DNA of 64,000 nt, taken from positions 160,001-224,000 of the forward strand of contig JBMNLZ010000002.1 of the NCBI GenBank assembly GCA_050953065.1, given 5' to 3'. This stretch comes from Bacilli bacterium. GTDB lineage: Bacteria; Bacillota_I; Bacilli_A; ML615J-28; CAG-698. Positions 8,650 through 19,550 of the stretch are shown here, one piece after another. How positions within the stretch are numbered: position 1 is the stretch's first letter; the number at the start of each line of letters is the position of its first letter. Made by a program: the position numbers and the translations under genes. The notes under the pieces are model-generated. The model had not been told where the DNA came from. It was given only the letters and a program-made list of their open reading frames with translations, and did no database searches.

Positions 8650-11324
8650 TATTCATGTTATTGGTGGGCTTACTATTAGTGGCTTGTGATAAGCCAGTTG
8701 CTGTTGGCCCTGGAATCAGCTTTGTTGATGGTGAAATTACTATGGAAGTTGGAGCAGAAATTAATCTAAGCTCTAGTTTAACTCTAACTGGTATTGATAA
8801 TATTAGTTTGATTACTTTTACAACAACTAAACCTGGTTTAATTCAAATTAGCGGTACAACAATTAAAGCTCTTGCTGCAGGTAATGGAACAGTTACAGCT
8901 GCTCTAGCAAGTGATAGTAGTATATCAGATACTGTAATTGTTAGAATAACTGCAGGTTCAAACACTTTAAGTGCTTTAGAAGTTAGTGCAGTTGATACGT
9001 TCTTAGGAATAGGTGGAAGTGCAATGTTATCAGTTACTCCAACTCCTGCTACTGCATCAAATGCAGTTACATGGAGTAGTAGTGATAATACAGTTGCTAC
9101 AGTTTCTGCAACAGGATTAGTTAATGCTGTTGGATTAGGTGCAGCTACAATTACTGCAACTTCAAGTGTTTCTAGTTCAATCACTGGTTCAATTAATATT
9201 TATGTAAATGAAGCAAGTGAACCTGGTGAAATTACAATTAATGGTAATTCATCAGTTGCTGCTGGTAGTTCTACTCAATTAATGGCAGCATTTGAAAATA
9301 CTTATTATTCTAGTGTTACTTGGACTTCAGCAAACAATGCAATTGCAACTGTTAGTGCTAGTGGCGTTGTTACTGGTGTAACTCAAGGTAGTGTAATTAT
9401 TACAGCAATGGCAGGGCCTGCTAATGAATATACAAAAACTATTACAATTACAGTAACTGCTGGAACTGGTGCTCCTACAATTAATATTACTGGAAATAGT
9501 AGTGTTCAAGTAGGTGCGACTGCTCAATTAACTGCTCAAGTAAATGGTGGAGCAGGAAATGTTCTTTGGTCATCTAGCGATAATGAAAAAGCTACAGTTT
9601 CAACAACTGGGCTTGTAACTGGTATTGAAGCTGGTCCAGTAGTAATTACTGCGACTTTAGCAACAAATCCAAGTGTTACAGCAACATTTAATATAACTGT
9701 AATTGCTGGTGGGTCTGCGACTATTTCTATTTCAGGATCTACTTCAGTTAATAAAAATTCAACAATCTCATTGACTGCTAGTGCATCTGTAAATGGTACT
9801 CCTGTAAGTGGTACTATTCAATGGAGTTCAAGTGATGTTAATATAGCAATCGTTAATAATGGTCAAGTTTATGGTGTTGAAGCAGGTACTGCAATTATTA
9901 CAGCTGCTTTAGCAGATAATACAAGTGTTTACTCAACTATTAGTATTCAAGTTATTGATCCAAACTCTGGTGGTGGTGGTGGAGATGAACCTACTTCACT
10001 TGCTATTACTGGTGTAAGTGGTGTTAACGTTGGTTCAACTCTTCAATTAGGTTATACTATTACTCCGACTCCAAGTGGAGCGGTTACTATTGAATGGGTT
10101 TCAAGCAACTCATTAATCGCAAGCGTTTCTGCTACTGGTCTTGTTACTGGTGTATCAGTAGGTACTGCTGTTATTTATGCAACTATTGAAGGAACTTCAG
10201 TTACTGGTACTGCAAATATTAGTGTAACTAATCCTCCTGCTGATCCTACTATTCAAGCATCAGCATCAAATTCAACAATCGTAGTTGGTGGATATACTCA
10301 AATTAGTGCGACAACTGATCCAGCTGGTGCGGATGTTCAATATACATCTGATAATACAAGTATAGCTACAGTTGATCAAACTGGTAAAGTTACAGGTGTT
10401 GCTGCTGGTAACGCAGTAATCACTGTTTCATTAGTAAGTAACTCTGCAATTAAAGCTACTGTTGCAATTAAGGTTGACCCTGCTCCTGCAACTTCAATTA
10501 CACTTACTTTAAGATTAGAAGATATGAGCAATAATCCTGTTGCTTATGCATTAATCGGTGGAGCTGATACTCAAGTAACAATTACTAATATCGCTCAAAC
10601 AGGTTCTTCTACAAGATATGACTTTGACTGGTCAAGTAGTGCAACAAATATAGCAACAATTTCTAGTGCTGGTACAATTACTCCAGTTGCTGCTGGTAAG
10701 ACAACAATTACAGCTGAATTGAAGTCAAATCCTCAAACAAAAGGATCTGTAGAAATTCAAATTTTAGCAACACCGCCTGCAACATTAACTTTAACTGCAA
10801 CTAAGACAAGCTTTGCAGTTGGTGAAACTTCTCAAGTTAGTGTAACTGGTGGAACTGCAGCGACATTCAGTCTTCCAGAAGGCGATGAATGGAAAGCATC
10901 AATTGATGCAAGTACTGGACTTGTTACAGCTAAAGCTCCTTCAATAGTTGTAGTTACTGCAACTTCTACAGCTGATCCATTAGTTAAGGGTACTATTACT
11001 TTAACAATCACAGCTGCTGCTGGTGCCTTAAATGTTAAGGTATATCAAAGCAGTGCTCAAGGTGGATCTACTGGTACAAGTTTAACTGAAATTTCTAAGG
11101 CAGCTGCTGATGGCGGTGGAGCTGGATATTATCAAGTTTATGTTTATGACTCAAGTGGTGTTGCAATCAGCCGTACAGCATGTACATTCACTACTACTGA
11201 TGGTAATGTTTGTACAGTAAGTATTTATGGTTCAATTACTGCAGTAGCAATTGGTGGTCCAGTAACAATCAAAGCTGTTTATGGTAGCCAAGAAGGAACT
11301 GTAACTATTTCAGTTGTAGCGTAA
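8619..11324 (+). CDS. Large surface lipoprotein with about 10 Big_2 (bacterial Ig-like group 2) domains
   Basis: Lipobox LVAC; repeated VTWSSSDNTVATVSATGLV..VG.G.ATITAT units; T/A/S/G/V-rich. Confidence 0.9.
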   Translation: MFKQKRFFVLVFMLLVGLLLVACDKPVAVGPGISFVDGEITMEVGAEINLSSSLTLTGIDNISLITFTTTKPGLIQISGTTIKALAAGNGTVTAALASDSSISDTVIVRITAGSNTLSALEVSAVDTFLGIGGSAMLSVTPTPATASNAVTWSSSDNTVATVSATGLVNAVGLGAATITATSSVSSSITGSINIYVNEASEPGEITINGNSSVAAGSSTQLMAAFENTYYSSVTWTSANNAIATVSASGVVTGVTQGSVIITAMAGPANEYTKTITITVTAGTGAPTINITGNSSVQVGATAQLTAQVNGGAGNVLWSSSDNEKATVSTTGLVTGIEAGPVVITATLATNPSVTATFNITVIAGGSATISISGSTSVNKNSTISLTASASVNGTPVSGTIQWSSSDVNIAIVNNGQVYGVEAGTAIITAALADNTSVYSTISIQVIDPNSGGGGGDEPTSLAITGVSGVNVGSTLQLGYTITPTPSGAVTIEWVSSNSLIASVSATGLVTGVSVGTAVIYATIEGTSVTGTANISVTNPPADPTIQASASNSTIVVGGYTQISATTDPAGADVQYTSDNTSIATVDQTGKVTGVAAGNAVITVSLVSNSAIKATVAIKVDPAPATSITLTLRLEDMSNNPVAYALIGGADTQVTITNIAQTGSSTRYDFDWSSSATNIATISSAGTITPVAAGKTTITAELKSNPQTKGSVEIQILATPPATLTLTATKTSFAVGETSQVSVTGGTAATFSLPEGDEWKASIDASTGLVTAKAPSIVVVTATSTADPLVKGTITLTITAAAGALNVKVYQSSAQGGSTGTSLTEISKAAADGGGAGYYQVYVYDSSGVAISRTACTFTTTDGNVCTVSIYGSITAVAIGGPVTIKAVYGSQEGTVTISVVA

Positions 11325-11342
11325 GCTAATTAAAAATAAATT

Positions 11343-11379
11343 TAGGTATCTATTTTAAAAAATAGATACCTATTTTTTT
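11343..11379 (+). terminator. Intrinsic terminator
   Basis: TAGGTATCTATTTT / AAAATAGATACCTA then T7. Confidence 0.85.
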
Positions 11380-11436
11380 ATTGAATAAAAAGATTAATGA
11401 TAGTATAATTTATAATTGGATGGAGTAATAAAAATT

Positions 11437-12303
11437 ATGGATTATTATACAATAGATTTTGAAACTGCGAACTCTTCATTAACTAGTGCTTGTAGTATTG
11501 GGATTGTTGGAGTAAAAAATGGAGTTATTAAATTAGAAGAATATTATTTAATAAATCCTGAAGAAGAGTTTTGTGAGCAAAATATTTTAATACATAATAT
11601 TAAAGAAAATGATGTAAAAGATGCCCTAAAATTTAGTGAAGTTTGGAAGAAAATAAAACATTATTTTACTGAAACATATGTTTTTGCACATAATGCACAT
11701 TTTGATATCAGTGTCTTAAAAGCATGTCTTGAAAAATATAATCTTGAAAAACCAAGTTTTAATTTTGGGTGTACTGTAAGAATTGCTCAAAAACTTTGGA
11801 AAGAAGAATTGCCTAATGTTAAGCTTCAAACTATTTCAAGATATTTAAACTTAAATCACAATCACCATAATGCATTAAGTGATGCATATGTTTGTGCTGA
11901 GATTGTAATTTTGGCTGAAAGGATACATTCAGTAGCAACCCATACTGAATTATATGAAGCGCTAGGACTTTCTTTTGGAGTTTTAAATAAAGAGAAGTTT
12001 TTAAATACTACCAGTAAATATAAAAATAAAATTAAACCAAAAGTTAATAATAAAGCATTAAAAGAAAAAGTAATTGTAATTTCTGGAAAACCTAAAAATT
12101 TAACTAGGAAATCATTGATTGAAAAATTATTAATTAATGGGGCATATATTGATAAAAACATTAATCGAAGAACTGATTATTTTGTTGAATTAGATAATTG
12201 TGTAAAAACACTAAAAGATAAAGCTTTAAGGATGAAAGAAGAAAGTCATTTAGAAATTATCGATGAAGCTAAACTTTTAAGACTATTGGAGATAGAATGT
12301 TAA
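11437..12303 (+). CDS. DEDDh 3'-5' exonuclease (DNA pol III epsilon-like) with C-terminal BRCT-like domain
   Basis: IDFETAN, AHNAHFD, HHNALSDA; C-terminal VIVISGK...INRRTDYFV. Confidence 0.85.
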   Translation: MDYYTIDFETANSSLTSACSIGIVGVKNGVIKLEEYYLINPEEEFCEQNILIHNIKENDVKDALKFSEVWKKIKHYFTETYVFAHNAHFDISVLKACLEKYNLEKPSFNFGCTVRIAQKLWKEELPNVKLQTISRYLNLNHNHHNALSDAYVCAEIVILAERIHSVATHTELYEALGLSFGVLNKEKFLNTTSKYKNKIKPKVNNKALKEKVIVISGKPKNLTRKSLIEKLLINGAYIDKNINRRTDYFVELDNCVKTLKDKALRMKEESHLEIIDEAKLLRLLEIEC

Positions 12304-13139
12304 GATATGAAATAGATAGTGTGTTTTTAGGTTTAACAATAGCTGAATTTTTTGAAAAGTTTCATCTTTCAAAAAAGTTAATTTATTTATTAAAAGTAAA
12401 TAAAGATGTTTTTGTTAATTGCGAAAACAAGAATTTTGATTATTGTTTAAAACTAGGTGATATTTTAGAAATCGATGAAACAAAATATGAGTTTAATAAT
12501 TGTGTTCCTTGGAAAAATTCTTTAGATATTGTTTATGAAGATGAGGATATCTTAATCGTTAATAAACCAGTTAATATGTTAGTTCATCCTGATGGGAATA
12601 CTGATTTTACTTTAAACAATATTGTTAGTTTTTATTACCAAACAATTGGTTTAGATAGAATGCCAAGACATATTCATAGACTTGATTTTCAAACTAGCGG
12701 AATTGTAGTATATGCTAAAAGTTTTTTAGTTAGTAGTAATTTATCTTGGCAGTTAGAAAATGGTTTAATAGAAAAGACGTATTTGGCTTTAGTTGAAAAT
12801 TTCAAAGGAGATTATTTAGAGATTAATTCTAAGATTGCAAGAGATAGACATACTAATAATAAATATATGATTTCAAAAAAAGGTAAAGATGCAATAAGTA
12901 TTGTAAAAAAGATAGAAGAAATAAATAAAAAACCTCTTTTAGAAGTAAAGATAATAACTGGAAGAACTCATCAGATTAGAGTTCACTTAGCATCAGTGGG
13001 TTCTCCCATTATAGGTGATAATATATATGGTGGTAAAATATCTAAAGAGATGTTTTTGCATCATTACAAAATATCTTTTATTCATCCTAGAAGTTTAGTA
13101 AGAGCAGAATATGTTTGTAAGAAGGAATTTAAATGTTAG
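12297..13139 (+). CDS. RluA/RluD-family pseudouridine synthase
   Basis: IVYEDEDILIVNKP, HRLDFQTSG, TGRTHQIRVHL, IIGDNIYG. Confidence 0.9.
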   Translation: MLRYEIDSVFLGLTIAEFFEKFHLSKKLIYLLKVNKDVFVNCENKNFDYCLKLGDILEIDETKYEFNNCVPWKNSLDIVYEDEDILIVNKPVNMLVHPDGNTDFTLNNIVSFYYQTIGLDRMPRHIHRLDFQTSGIVVYAKSFLVSSNLSWQLENGLIEKTYLALVENFKGDYLEINSKIARDRHTNNKYMISKKGKDAISIVKKIEEINKKPLLEVKIITGRTHQIRVHLASVGSPIIGDNIYGGKISKEMFLHHYKISFIHPRSLVRAEYVCKKEFKC

Positions 13140-13672
13140 ATAAAGTTTTAGAATTTCAAAGAATTAAAATAAAAGAAGTTTTAACCAAAGCTGATGTTGC
13201 AATTGATGCAACATGTGGAAATGGTTTTGATACGCATTTTTTAGCAGACCTTGCTAAGAAAGTATATGCATTTGATATCCAAGAAGAAGCATTTAATAAT
13301 ACTAAAGAAAAGTTAAAGGATTATAAGAACGTATGTTTTTGTAAAACTTCACATGAGAATATTAAAGACTATGTTAAAGAAGAAATCAAAGTTTGTATGT
13401 TTAATTTAGGGTTTTTACCAAAAGGAGATAAGAATATTACTACTAAAGCAGAAACTACTTTAATTGCCTTAAAGCAAACACTTGCTTTATTAAAAAAACA
13501 AGGTATAATAACTTTGGTATGTTATGAAGGACATCCTGAAGGGGAAAAAGAAAGCATAGTTATTCAAAGCTTTCTTAAGACTTTAAACCAAAAAGAGTTT
13601 CAAGTTTTAAAATATGAATTCATTAATCAAGTTAATTATCCACCGTATTTATTGATTATTGAAAAAATATAG
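13133..13672 (+). CDS. Class I SAM-dependent methyltransferase, YtqB/MnmM-like
   Basis: IDATCGNGFDT, AFDIQ, MFNLGFLPKGDK, YEGHPEG. Confidence 0.85.
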   Translation: MLDKVLEFQRIKIKEVLTKADVAIDATCGNGFDTHFLADLAKKVYAFDIQEEAFNNTKEKLKDYKNVCFCKTSHENIKDYVKEEIKVCMFNLGFLPKGDKNITTKAETTLIALKQTLALLKKQGIITLVCYEGHPEGEKESIVIQSFLKTLNQKEFQVLKYEFINQVNYPPYLLIIEKI

Positions 13673-13687
13673 TAAGGGAGAATAAAA

Positions 13688-14890
13688 TTGGGAAATAAAA
13701 AAATATCTTCGGTGCAATTTGTGGATGTATATTTTCCGGTAATAGATGGGGTTGTAAGAGTAGTAGACAATTATGCTAGTACTTTTACAAAAATGGGAAA
13801 TGAGTGTCGTGTTGTTGCTCCTAGAATGAAAGGTTATACGGATAAAAGTATCTATGAGGTTTTAAGAGTCTCTAGTTTTAGGCTACCTGGTTTTGGATAT
13901 AATATCCCTGCACCAAATATAAAGGGGCGAAAAATAAAAAGATATCTAAAAGAACACAAGTTTGATATCTATCATTTACATTCACCTTTTACAGTTGGAA
14001 AATTTGCGATTAAAATGGCACGGAAAAATAAAGTTCCGGTTGTAGCACACTTTCATTCTAAGTATTATGATGATTTTTTAAATATTACTAAAAGTAAAGT
14101 TATTTCTAAGTTATTAGTAAAGATAATTTTAAGAACTTATAATAAAGCAGATGCTGTTTGGACTGTTAATGAAAGCTCAGCTAATACTTTAAGAGAATAT
14201 GGTTTTAAAAAAGAAATTACAGTTGTTCCTAATGGGACTGAATTTGTAATACCTGAAAATATTTTAGAGTTAGAAGAAGAAGTATTAAAAAAGTATAACT
14301 TGAAAAAAGATGAGAATTTAATATTATATGTTGGCCAATTAATCTGGCAAAAAAATTTAAAGCTAATCTTTGATACTTTAAAGGTTTTAAAAGATGAAAG
14401 TTTTCCTTTTAAAATGTTAGTAGTAGGGGCTGGATATAATGAAAAAGCTATTAAGAAATACGCTAGTAATTTAGGGCTTGATGATATGGTTTTCTTTTTA
14501 GGAGGAATTACTAATAAAGAAGAATTGTCCGCAATTTATAGTGTAAGTGATTTGTTTTTCTTTCCATCACTTTATGATACGTTTTCTTTAGTGGTGCGGG
14601 AGGCTGCAGTTTTAAAGACTCCATCTCTTCTTTCAAAAGATTCAAATGCATGCGAAGGGATAACTAATAATGTAGATGGTTTTATCGAAGAAACAGATCC
14701 TAAAAAGATGGCTTTTAGAATTAAAGAAATATTAAAGGATAAAAAAACATTAATAGAAATTGGTGAAAAAGCTGCTTTAAACATACCGTTTAGATGGAAT
14801 GATGTTATCAAAAGGGCAGAAAAAAACTATCAAGAAATCATTAATAAATATAAAAAAAGTAAAATAAAAAATAAAAGCAAAAAAAGTTAA
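13688..14890 (+). CDS. GT4 glycosyltransferase, probably a glycolipid (glucosyl-diacylglycerol) synthase
   Basis: DVYFPVIDGVV, HLHSPF, LYVGQL, FFFPSLYDTFSLVVREAA. Confidence 0.8.
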   Translation: MGNKKISSVQFVDVYFPVIDGVVRVVDNYASTFTKMGNECRVVAPRMKGYTDKSIYEVLRVSSFRLPGFGYNIPAPNIKGRKIKRYLKEHKFDIYHLHSPFTVGKFAIKMARKNKVPVVAHFHSKYYDDFLNITKSKVISKLLVKIILRTYNKADAVWTVNESSANTLREYGFKKEITVVPNGTEFVIPENILELEEEVLKKYNLKKDENLILYVGQLIWQKNLKLIFDTLKVLKDESFPFKMLVVGAGYNEKAIKKYASNLGLDDMVFFLGGITNKEELSAIYSVSDLFFFPSLYDTFSLVVREAAVLKTPSLLSKDSNACEGITNNVDGFIEETDPKKMAFRIKEILKDKKTLIEIGEKAALNIPFRWNDVIKRAEKNYQEIINKYKKSKIKNKSKKS

Positions 14891-14898
14891 AATAATAC

Positions 14899-14926
14899 TT
14901 GCTTTTATTTTTTTTTGTTATATAAT
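14899..14926 (+). promoter_or_regulatory. Sigma-A promoter of the S10 operon
   Basis: TTGCTT-16 nt-TATAAT. Confidence 0.6.
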
Positions 14927-14929
14927 ATA

Positions 14930-15020
14930 CGAGGCTGTTTTTTAGGCGATGATATCCGAGGTTGCTGACACGCTCGGGAACGTTGTAGTGTGTTAGGGAA
15001 TTTGGGTTTAGCCAAGCTAC
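14930..15020 (+). ncRNA. Firmicutes S10 ribosomal protein leader RNA
   Basis: GC-rich 5' UTR with GAGGTTGCTGACAC...GTGTGTTAGGGAATTT, the pattern typical upstream of rpsJ in Firmicutes. Confidence 0.7.
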
Positions 15021-15052
15021 ATTAAAAATGGATGCGAAAGGAGAAAAACAAA

Positions 15053-15364
15053 ATGGCAAAACATGCTTTAAGAATTAGACTGATCTCATATGATCACCGC
15101 TTAATTGATGAGGCGGCAAAAAAAATCGTAGAAGCGGCGAAAAGAACAGGTGCTACTGTATCTGGACCGATCCCTCTTCCAACAGAAAAGGAAGTTTTTA
15201 CAGTTATTCGTTCACCACATAAATATAAAGATAGTCGTGAACAATTTCAAAGAAAAACTCACAAAAGGCTTATTGACATTGTTAAGATGGAACCTAGTAC
15301 TATTGATACATTAGTACATTTAGAAATTCCAGCTGGTGTTGATATTAGTATAAGAAACAAATAA
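15053..15364 (+). CDS. rpsJ: 30S ribosomal protein S10
   Basis: [33 protein letters not shown]. Confidence 0.98.
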   Translation: MAKHALRIRLISYDHRLIDEAAKKIVEAAKRTGATVSGPIPLPTEKEVFTVIRSPHKYKDSREQFQRKTHKRLIDIVKMEPSTIDTLVHLEIPAGVDISIRNK

Positions 15365-15394
15365 GAAATGAGTAAAAATAGGAGGTGAACACTC

Positions 15395-16054
15395 ATGGCC
15401 AAAGGAATCTTAGGTAAAAAAATTGGTATGACACAAATTTTTTCTGAAGAAGGTAAACTAATACCTGTTACTGTAATTGATGTTACAGGGAATGTTGTTC
15501 TTCAAAAGAAAACAGTTGAAACAGATGGTTACCAAGCTGTTCAACTAGGCTTTAGCGATAAAAGAGAAAAATTAGCTAATAAGCCTGAAATGGGACATAC
15601 TTCTAAAGCTAACACTACCCCTAAGCGCTTCGTTAAAGAAATACTTGGGGCTGAGATGCAGGCTTTCGAGGTAGGTCAAGAGGTAAAAGCAAATATATTT
15701 GCAACTGGTGAAATCGTAGATGTTACTGGAACATCAAAAGGGAAAGGGTATCAAGGAGTTATTAAAAGACATAACTTTGCAAGAGGCCCTATGGCTCATG
15801 GTTCTGGATATCACAGAGGAACTGGTGGAATGGGTTCAATTGATTCTGCTAGAATTAAGAAAGGTAGAAAAATGCCTGGAAGAATGGGTGGAGAAACTAA
15901 AACCATTCAAAATTTAGAAGTTGTTAAAATTGATTTAGAAAAAAATGTAATGCTTATTAAAGGTAATGTACCAGGAGCTAGAAACTCTTTTGTAATTATT
16001 TCAAATGGAGTTAAAAAAGGCACTAGTACAGTTAATCCTGAAGCATTCGCATAG
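15395..16054 (+). CDS. rplC: 50S ribosomal protein L3
   Basis: [26 protein letters not shown]. Confidence 0.98.
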   Translation: MAKGILGKKIGMTQIFSEEGKLIPVTVIDVTGNVVLQKKTVETDGYQAVQLGFSDKREKLANKPEMGHTSKANTTPKRFVKEILGAEMQAFEVGQEVKANIFATGEIVDVTGTSKGKGYQGVIKRHNFARGPMAHGSGYHRGTGGMGSIDSARIKKGRKMPGRMGGETKTIQNLEVVKIDLEKNVMLIKGNVPGARNSFVIISNGVKKGTSTVNPEAFA

Positions 16055-16067
16055 GAAGGAGACTACA

Positions 16068-16691
16068 ATGCCAAAAGTTAAGGTTTTAAACCAAAGCGGT
16101 GCAGAAGTCGGGAAAATGAATTTAAGTGATGAAGTATTCGCAATCACTCCTAATATGCAATCTGTATACGATGTTGTATATGCTCAAAGAGCAGCTATGC
16201 GTCAAGGAACACATTCTACTAAAAATAGAGTAGATGTTAGAGGTGGTGGAGCTAAACCATGGCGTCAAAAAGGAACAGGACGTGCTCGTCAAGGTTCTAA
16301 TAGAGCCCCTCAATGGCGTGGTGGTGGAGTTGTATTTGGCCCTGCACCAAGAAGTTATAATGTAAAGGTAAATAAAAAAGTTGTTCAATTAGCGCTTAAA
16401 TCACTTTTATCAGATAGACTTGCTAATAACAAGCTAGTAGTTGTTGATAAAATTGAGTTAGAAAGTTTTAAAACAAAAGGTTTAGTTGAAGTATTAACTG
16501 CTTTAAATGCTAGCGGAAAAATCTTAGTTATTACAGAAGAAGAAGATTTTAATTTATCACAAGCTGGTAGAAATATACCTAATGTATATGTTCAAACAAA
16601 ATCACATTTAAGTGTTTATGATTTGATTAATGCTGATATGTATATTGCTACTCAAGATGCAGTAAGTAAGTATGAGGAGGAATTGAAATAA
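16068..16691 (+). CDS. rplD: 50S ribosomal protein L4
   Basis: RQGTHSTK, KPWRQKGTGRARQGS; RBS before ATG 16068. Confidence 0.98.
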   Translation: MPKVKVLNQSGAEVGKMNLSDEVFAITPNMQSVYDVVYAQRAAMRQGTHSTKNRVDVRGGGAKPWRQKGTGRARQGSNRAPQWRGGGVVFGPAPRSYNVKVNKKVVQLALKSLLSDRLANNKLVVVDKIELESFKTKGLVEVLTALNASGKILVITEEEDFNLSQAGRNIPNVYVQTKSHLSVYDLINADMYIATQDAVSKYEEELK

Positions 16692-16975
16692 TGAAAAATC
16701 CATATGATGTAATTATTCGTCCTTTAGTTACTGAAAAAACTACAAAACTAGCTGAAGCACATAAGTATACTTTTGAAGTAAAACAAGGCGTAAATAAAAT
16801 TGAAGTAAAACAAGCAATTGAAGAATTATTTAAAGTTAATGTGACTAAGGTTAATATTATTAATGTAAGAAAAAAAGAACGTAAAGTTGGTAAATATGCT
16901 GGCTTTCGTGCAGCTGTTAAAAAAGCTGTTATTACCTTAGCTGAAGGTCAAACACTAGATGTGTTTGAAGTATAG
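16691..16975 (+). CDS. rplW: 50S ribosomal protein L23
   Basis: PLVTEKT, NKIEVKQAIE, KKAVITL. Confidence 0.97.
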   Translation: MKNPYDVIIRPLVTEKTTKLAEAHKYTFEVKQGVNKIEVKQAIEELFKVNVTKVNIINVRKKERKVGKYAGFRAAVKKAVITLAEGQTLDVFEV

Positions 16976-16987
16976 GAGGTTTTAGTA

Positions 16988-17818
16988 ATGGGAATTAAAA
17001 AATATAAACCAACGACGAATGGTCGCCGTGGTATGACAACTCTAGCAAATGAAGAAATAACATCTACAACTCCTGAGAAAAGCTTACTTGCTCCTTTATA
17101 TAAAAAGGGTGGTAGAAATAATACTGGTAAAATTACTGTTCGCCATCATGGTGGTGGAAGTAAGAGAAAATATCGTATTATTGATTTCAAAAGAGATAAA
17201 GATGATATTATCGGAAGAGTTGCAACTATTGAATATGATCCAAATAGATCTGCCAATATTGCACTAATCAATTATGCAGATGGTGAAAAACGTTATATCA
17301 TTGCTCCTAAAGGAATTCAAGTTGGTCAAGAAATTATTTCTGGAGTAGATGTTGATATTAGAGTAGGAAATGCATTACCACTTGAAAAAATTCCAGTTGG
17401 TACGACAATTCATAATATTGAAATGCATCCTGGTAAAGGTGGTCAAATAGCTAGATCTGCTGGAGCATATGCTCAAATTTTAGGCCGTGAAGGAAAATAC
17501 GTACTTATACGTTTAACAAGCGGTGAAGTTAGAAAAATATTAAATACTTGTAAAGCAACGATTGGTGAAGTTGGAAATTCTGATCATGAATTAATCAATA
17601 TTGGTAAAGCTGGAAGAACACGTCATATGGGAATTAGACCTACTGTACGTGGTTCTGTAATGAACCCAGTTGATCACCCACATGGTGGTGGTGAAGGTCG
17701 TACACCGATTGGTCGTAAGGCTCCACTTACTCCTTGGGGTAAAATGGCTTTAGGATTAAAGACACGTGATAAGAATAAGAAATCAACAGATCTAATTGTA
17801 CGCCGTCGTAAAGGCTAA
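16988..17818 (+). CDS. rplB: 50S ribosomal protein L2
   Basis: [26 protein letters not shown]. Confidence 0.99.
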   Translation: MGIKKYKPTTNGRRGMTTLANEEITSTTPEKSLLAPLYKKGGRNNTGKITVRHHGGGSKRKYRIIDFKRDKDDIIGRVATIEYDPNRSANIALINYADGEKRYIIAPKGIQVGQEIISGVDVDIRVGNALPLEKIPVGTTIHNIEMHPGKGGQIARSAGAYAQILGREGKYVLIRLTSGEVRKILNTCKATIGEVGNSDHELINIGKAGRTRHMGIRPTVRGSVMNPVDHPHGGGEGRTPIGRKAPLTPWGKMALGLKTRDKNKKSTDLIVRRRKG

Positions 17819-17834
17819 GAAAGGAGAAAAATAA

Positions 17835-18107
17835 ATGGCACGTAGTTTAAAAAAAGGACCATTTTGTGATGAACATTTAATGAAAAAAGTAGAAGCTCTA
17901 GCTTCAAGTAATAAAAAAGTTATCCAAACTTGGTCACGTAGATCAACAATTTTTCCCGAATTCGTAGGTTTTACTATTGCGGTATACAATGGTAAAGAAC
18001 ATGTTCCTGTGTATATAACTGAAGATATGGTTGGGCATAAATTAGGTGAATTTGCTCCAACAAGAACTTTTAGAGGACACGGAAAAGATAAGAAGGCAGG
18101 TAAATAA
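17835..18107 (+). CDS. rpsS: 30S ribosomal protein S19
   Basis: [21 protein letters not shown]. Confidence 0.98.
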   Translation: MARSLKKGPFCDEHLMKKVEALASSNKKVIQTWSRRSTIFPEFVGFTIAVYNGKEHVPVYITEDMVGHKLGEFAPTRTFRGHGKDKKAGK

Positions 18108-18108
18108 T

Positions 18109-18459
18109 ATGGAAAATATGGCAACAGAATCAATTGCAATCGCCAAAATGGTACGTATTTCTGCTAGGAAAGTAAGGTTGGTTGTTGATTTAATTAGAGG
18201 GAAAAGTTTAGCTGAAGCATTAGCAATTTTAAAATTAACTCCAAGAGCAGCTAGCGTTCCAGTTAGTAAAGTTGTAAAATCGGCTGCAGCAAATGCAGAA
18301 CATAATGATAAATTAGATAAGAATAAATTATATATTAAAAAAATCGTTGTTGATGAAGGACCAACAATGAAAAGATTCCTTGCAAGAGCAAAAGGAAGAG
18401 CTGGTTCAATTTTTAAAAGAACAAGTCACATTACTGTAGTCCTTGCAGAGAAAGAATAA
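18109..18459 (+). CDS. rplV: 50S ribosomal protein L22
   Basis: [26 protein letters not shown]; start may be 18118. Confidence 0.97.
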   Translation: MENMATESIAIAKMVRISARKVRLVVDLIRGKSLAEALAILKLTPRAASVPVSKVVKSAAANAEHNDKLDKNKLYIKKIVVDEGPTMKRFLARAKGRAGSIFKRTSHITVVLAEKE

Positions 18460-18472
18460 AGGAGGGAACTTA

Positions 18473-19123
18473 ATGGGTCAAAAAGTTAATCCAAATGGAA
18501 TGCGTTTAGGTATAATTCGTACTTGGGATTCTAAGTGGTATGCAAGCAAGTTAGAAGTTCCTAGTTTATTACATGAAGATTTGAAACTTAGAGAATTTGT
18601 AAGTGAATTTTATAAGAAAGCCTATGTTTCAAAAATTGAAATAGAAAGAGCTAAACAACGTATTATGTTAACAATCTATACAGCTAAGCCTGGGATTGTT
18701 ATTGGACGTGAAGGCTCTACAAAAAAAGAATTGGTATCAATTCTAGAAAAGAAAACTGGTAAAACAGTATTCATTAATATTGTTGAAATCAAAAATCCAG
18801 ACTTAGATGCAGCACTTGTTGCAAGAAATATCGCTGAACAATTAGAAAGCAGAGCATCTTTTAGACGTGTTCAAAAAATGGCAATCCAAAGAACTATGAA
18901 AGCAGGAGCTAAAGGAATTAAAACTTCTATTTCAGGACGTTTAGGTGGAGCTGAAATGGCACGTAGAGAAGGTTATAGTGAAGGGACTGTTCCTTTACAT
19001 ACTCTAAGAGCAGATATTGATTTTGCTATAGCTGAGGCTAATACTACTTATGGTAAATTAGGTGTAAAAGTATGGATTTGTAAAGGAGAAGTTTTACCAA
19101 CTAAGAAGAAGGAGGCAAAGTAA
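18473..19123 (+). CDS. rpsC: 30S ribosomal protein S3
   Basis: [23 protein letters not shown]. Confidence 0.98.
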   Translation: MGQKVNPNGMRLGIIRTWDSKWYASKLEVPSLLHEDLKLREFVSEFYKKAYVSKIEIERAKQRIMLTIYTAKPGIVIGREGSTKKELVSILEKKTGKTVFINIVEIKNPDLDAALVARNIAEQLESRASFRRVQKMAIQRTMKAGAKGIKTSISGRLGGAEMARREGYSEGTVPLHTLRADIDFAIAEANTTYGKLGVKVWICKGEVLPTKKKEAK

Positions 19124-19124
19124 T

Positions 19125-19550
19125 ATGTTAATGCCTAAAAGAACAAAATTTCGTAGACCTCATCGTGTTAGTTACGAAGGTAAAGCAAAAGGCGCAACAG
19201 CTTTAGAATATGGTGAATATGGCTTACAAGCAACAAAAGGCGCTTGGATTACAAGTAGACAAATCGAAGCATCGCGTATTGCTATTACTCGTTATATGAA
19301 ACGTGTAGGTAATGTTTGGATAAGAATCTTCCCTCATATGGGACTTACTAAAAAACCTTTAGAAGTTCGTATGGGTGGTGGGAAAGGTGCTCCTGAGGAA
19401 TTCGTTGCAGTTGTTAAAAAAGGTACTATCATGTTTGAAGTTGGTGGTGTAGATGATGCAACTGCTCGTGAAGCATTAAGATTAGCATCTCATAAATTAC
19501 CAGTTACAACTAAAATAGTTGTTAAAGAAAGTGGTGAGTTAAATGGCTAA
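19125..19550 (+). CDS. rplP: 50S ribosomal protein L16
   Basis: [19 protein letters not shown]. Confidence 0.98.
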   Translation: MLMPKRTKFRRPHRVSYEGKAKGATALEYGEYGLQATKGAWITSRQIEASRIAITRYMKRVGNVWIRIFPHMGLTKKPLEVRMGGGKGAPEEFVAVVKKGTIMFEVGGVDDATAREALRLASHKLPVTTKIVVKESGELNG

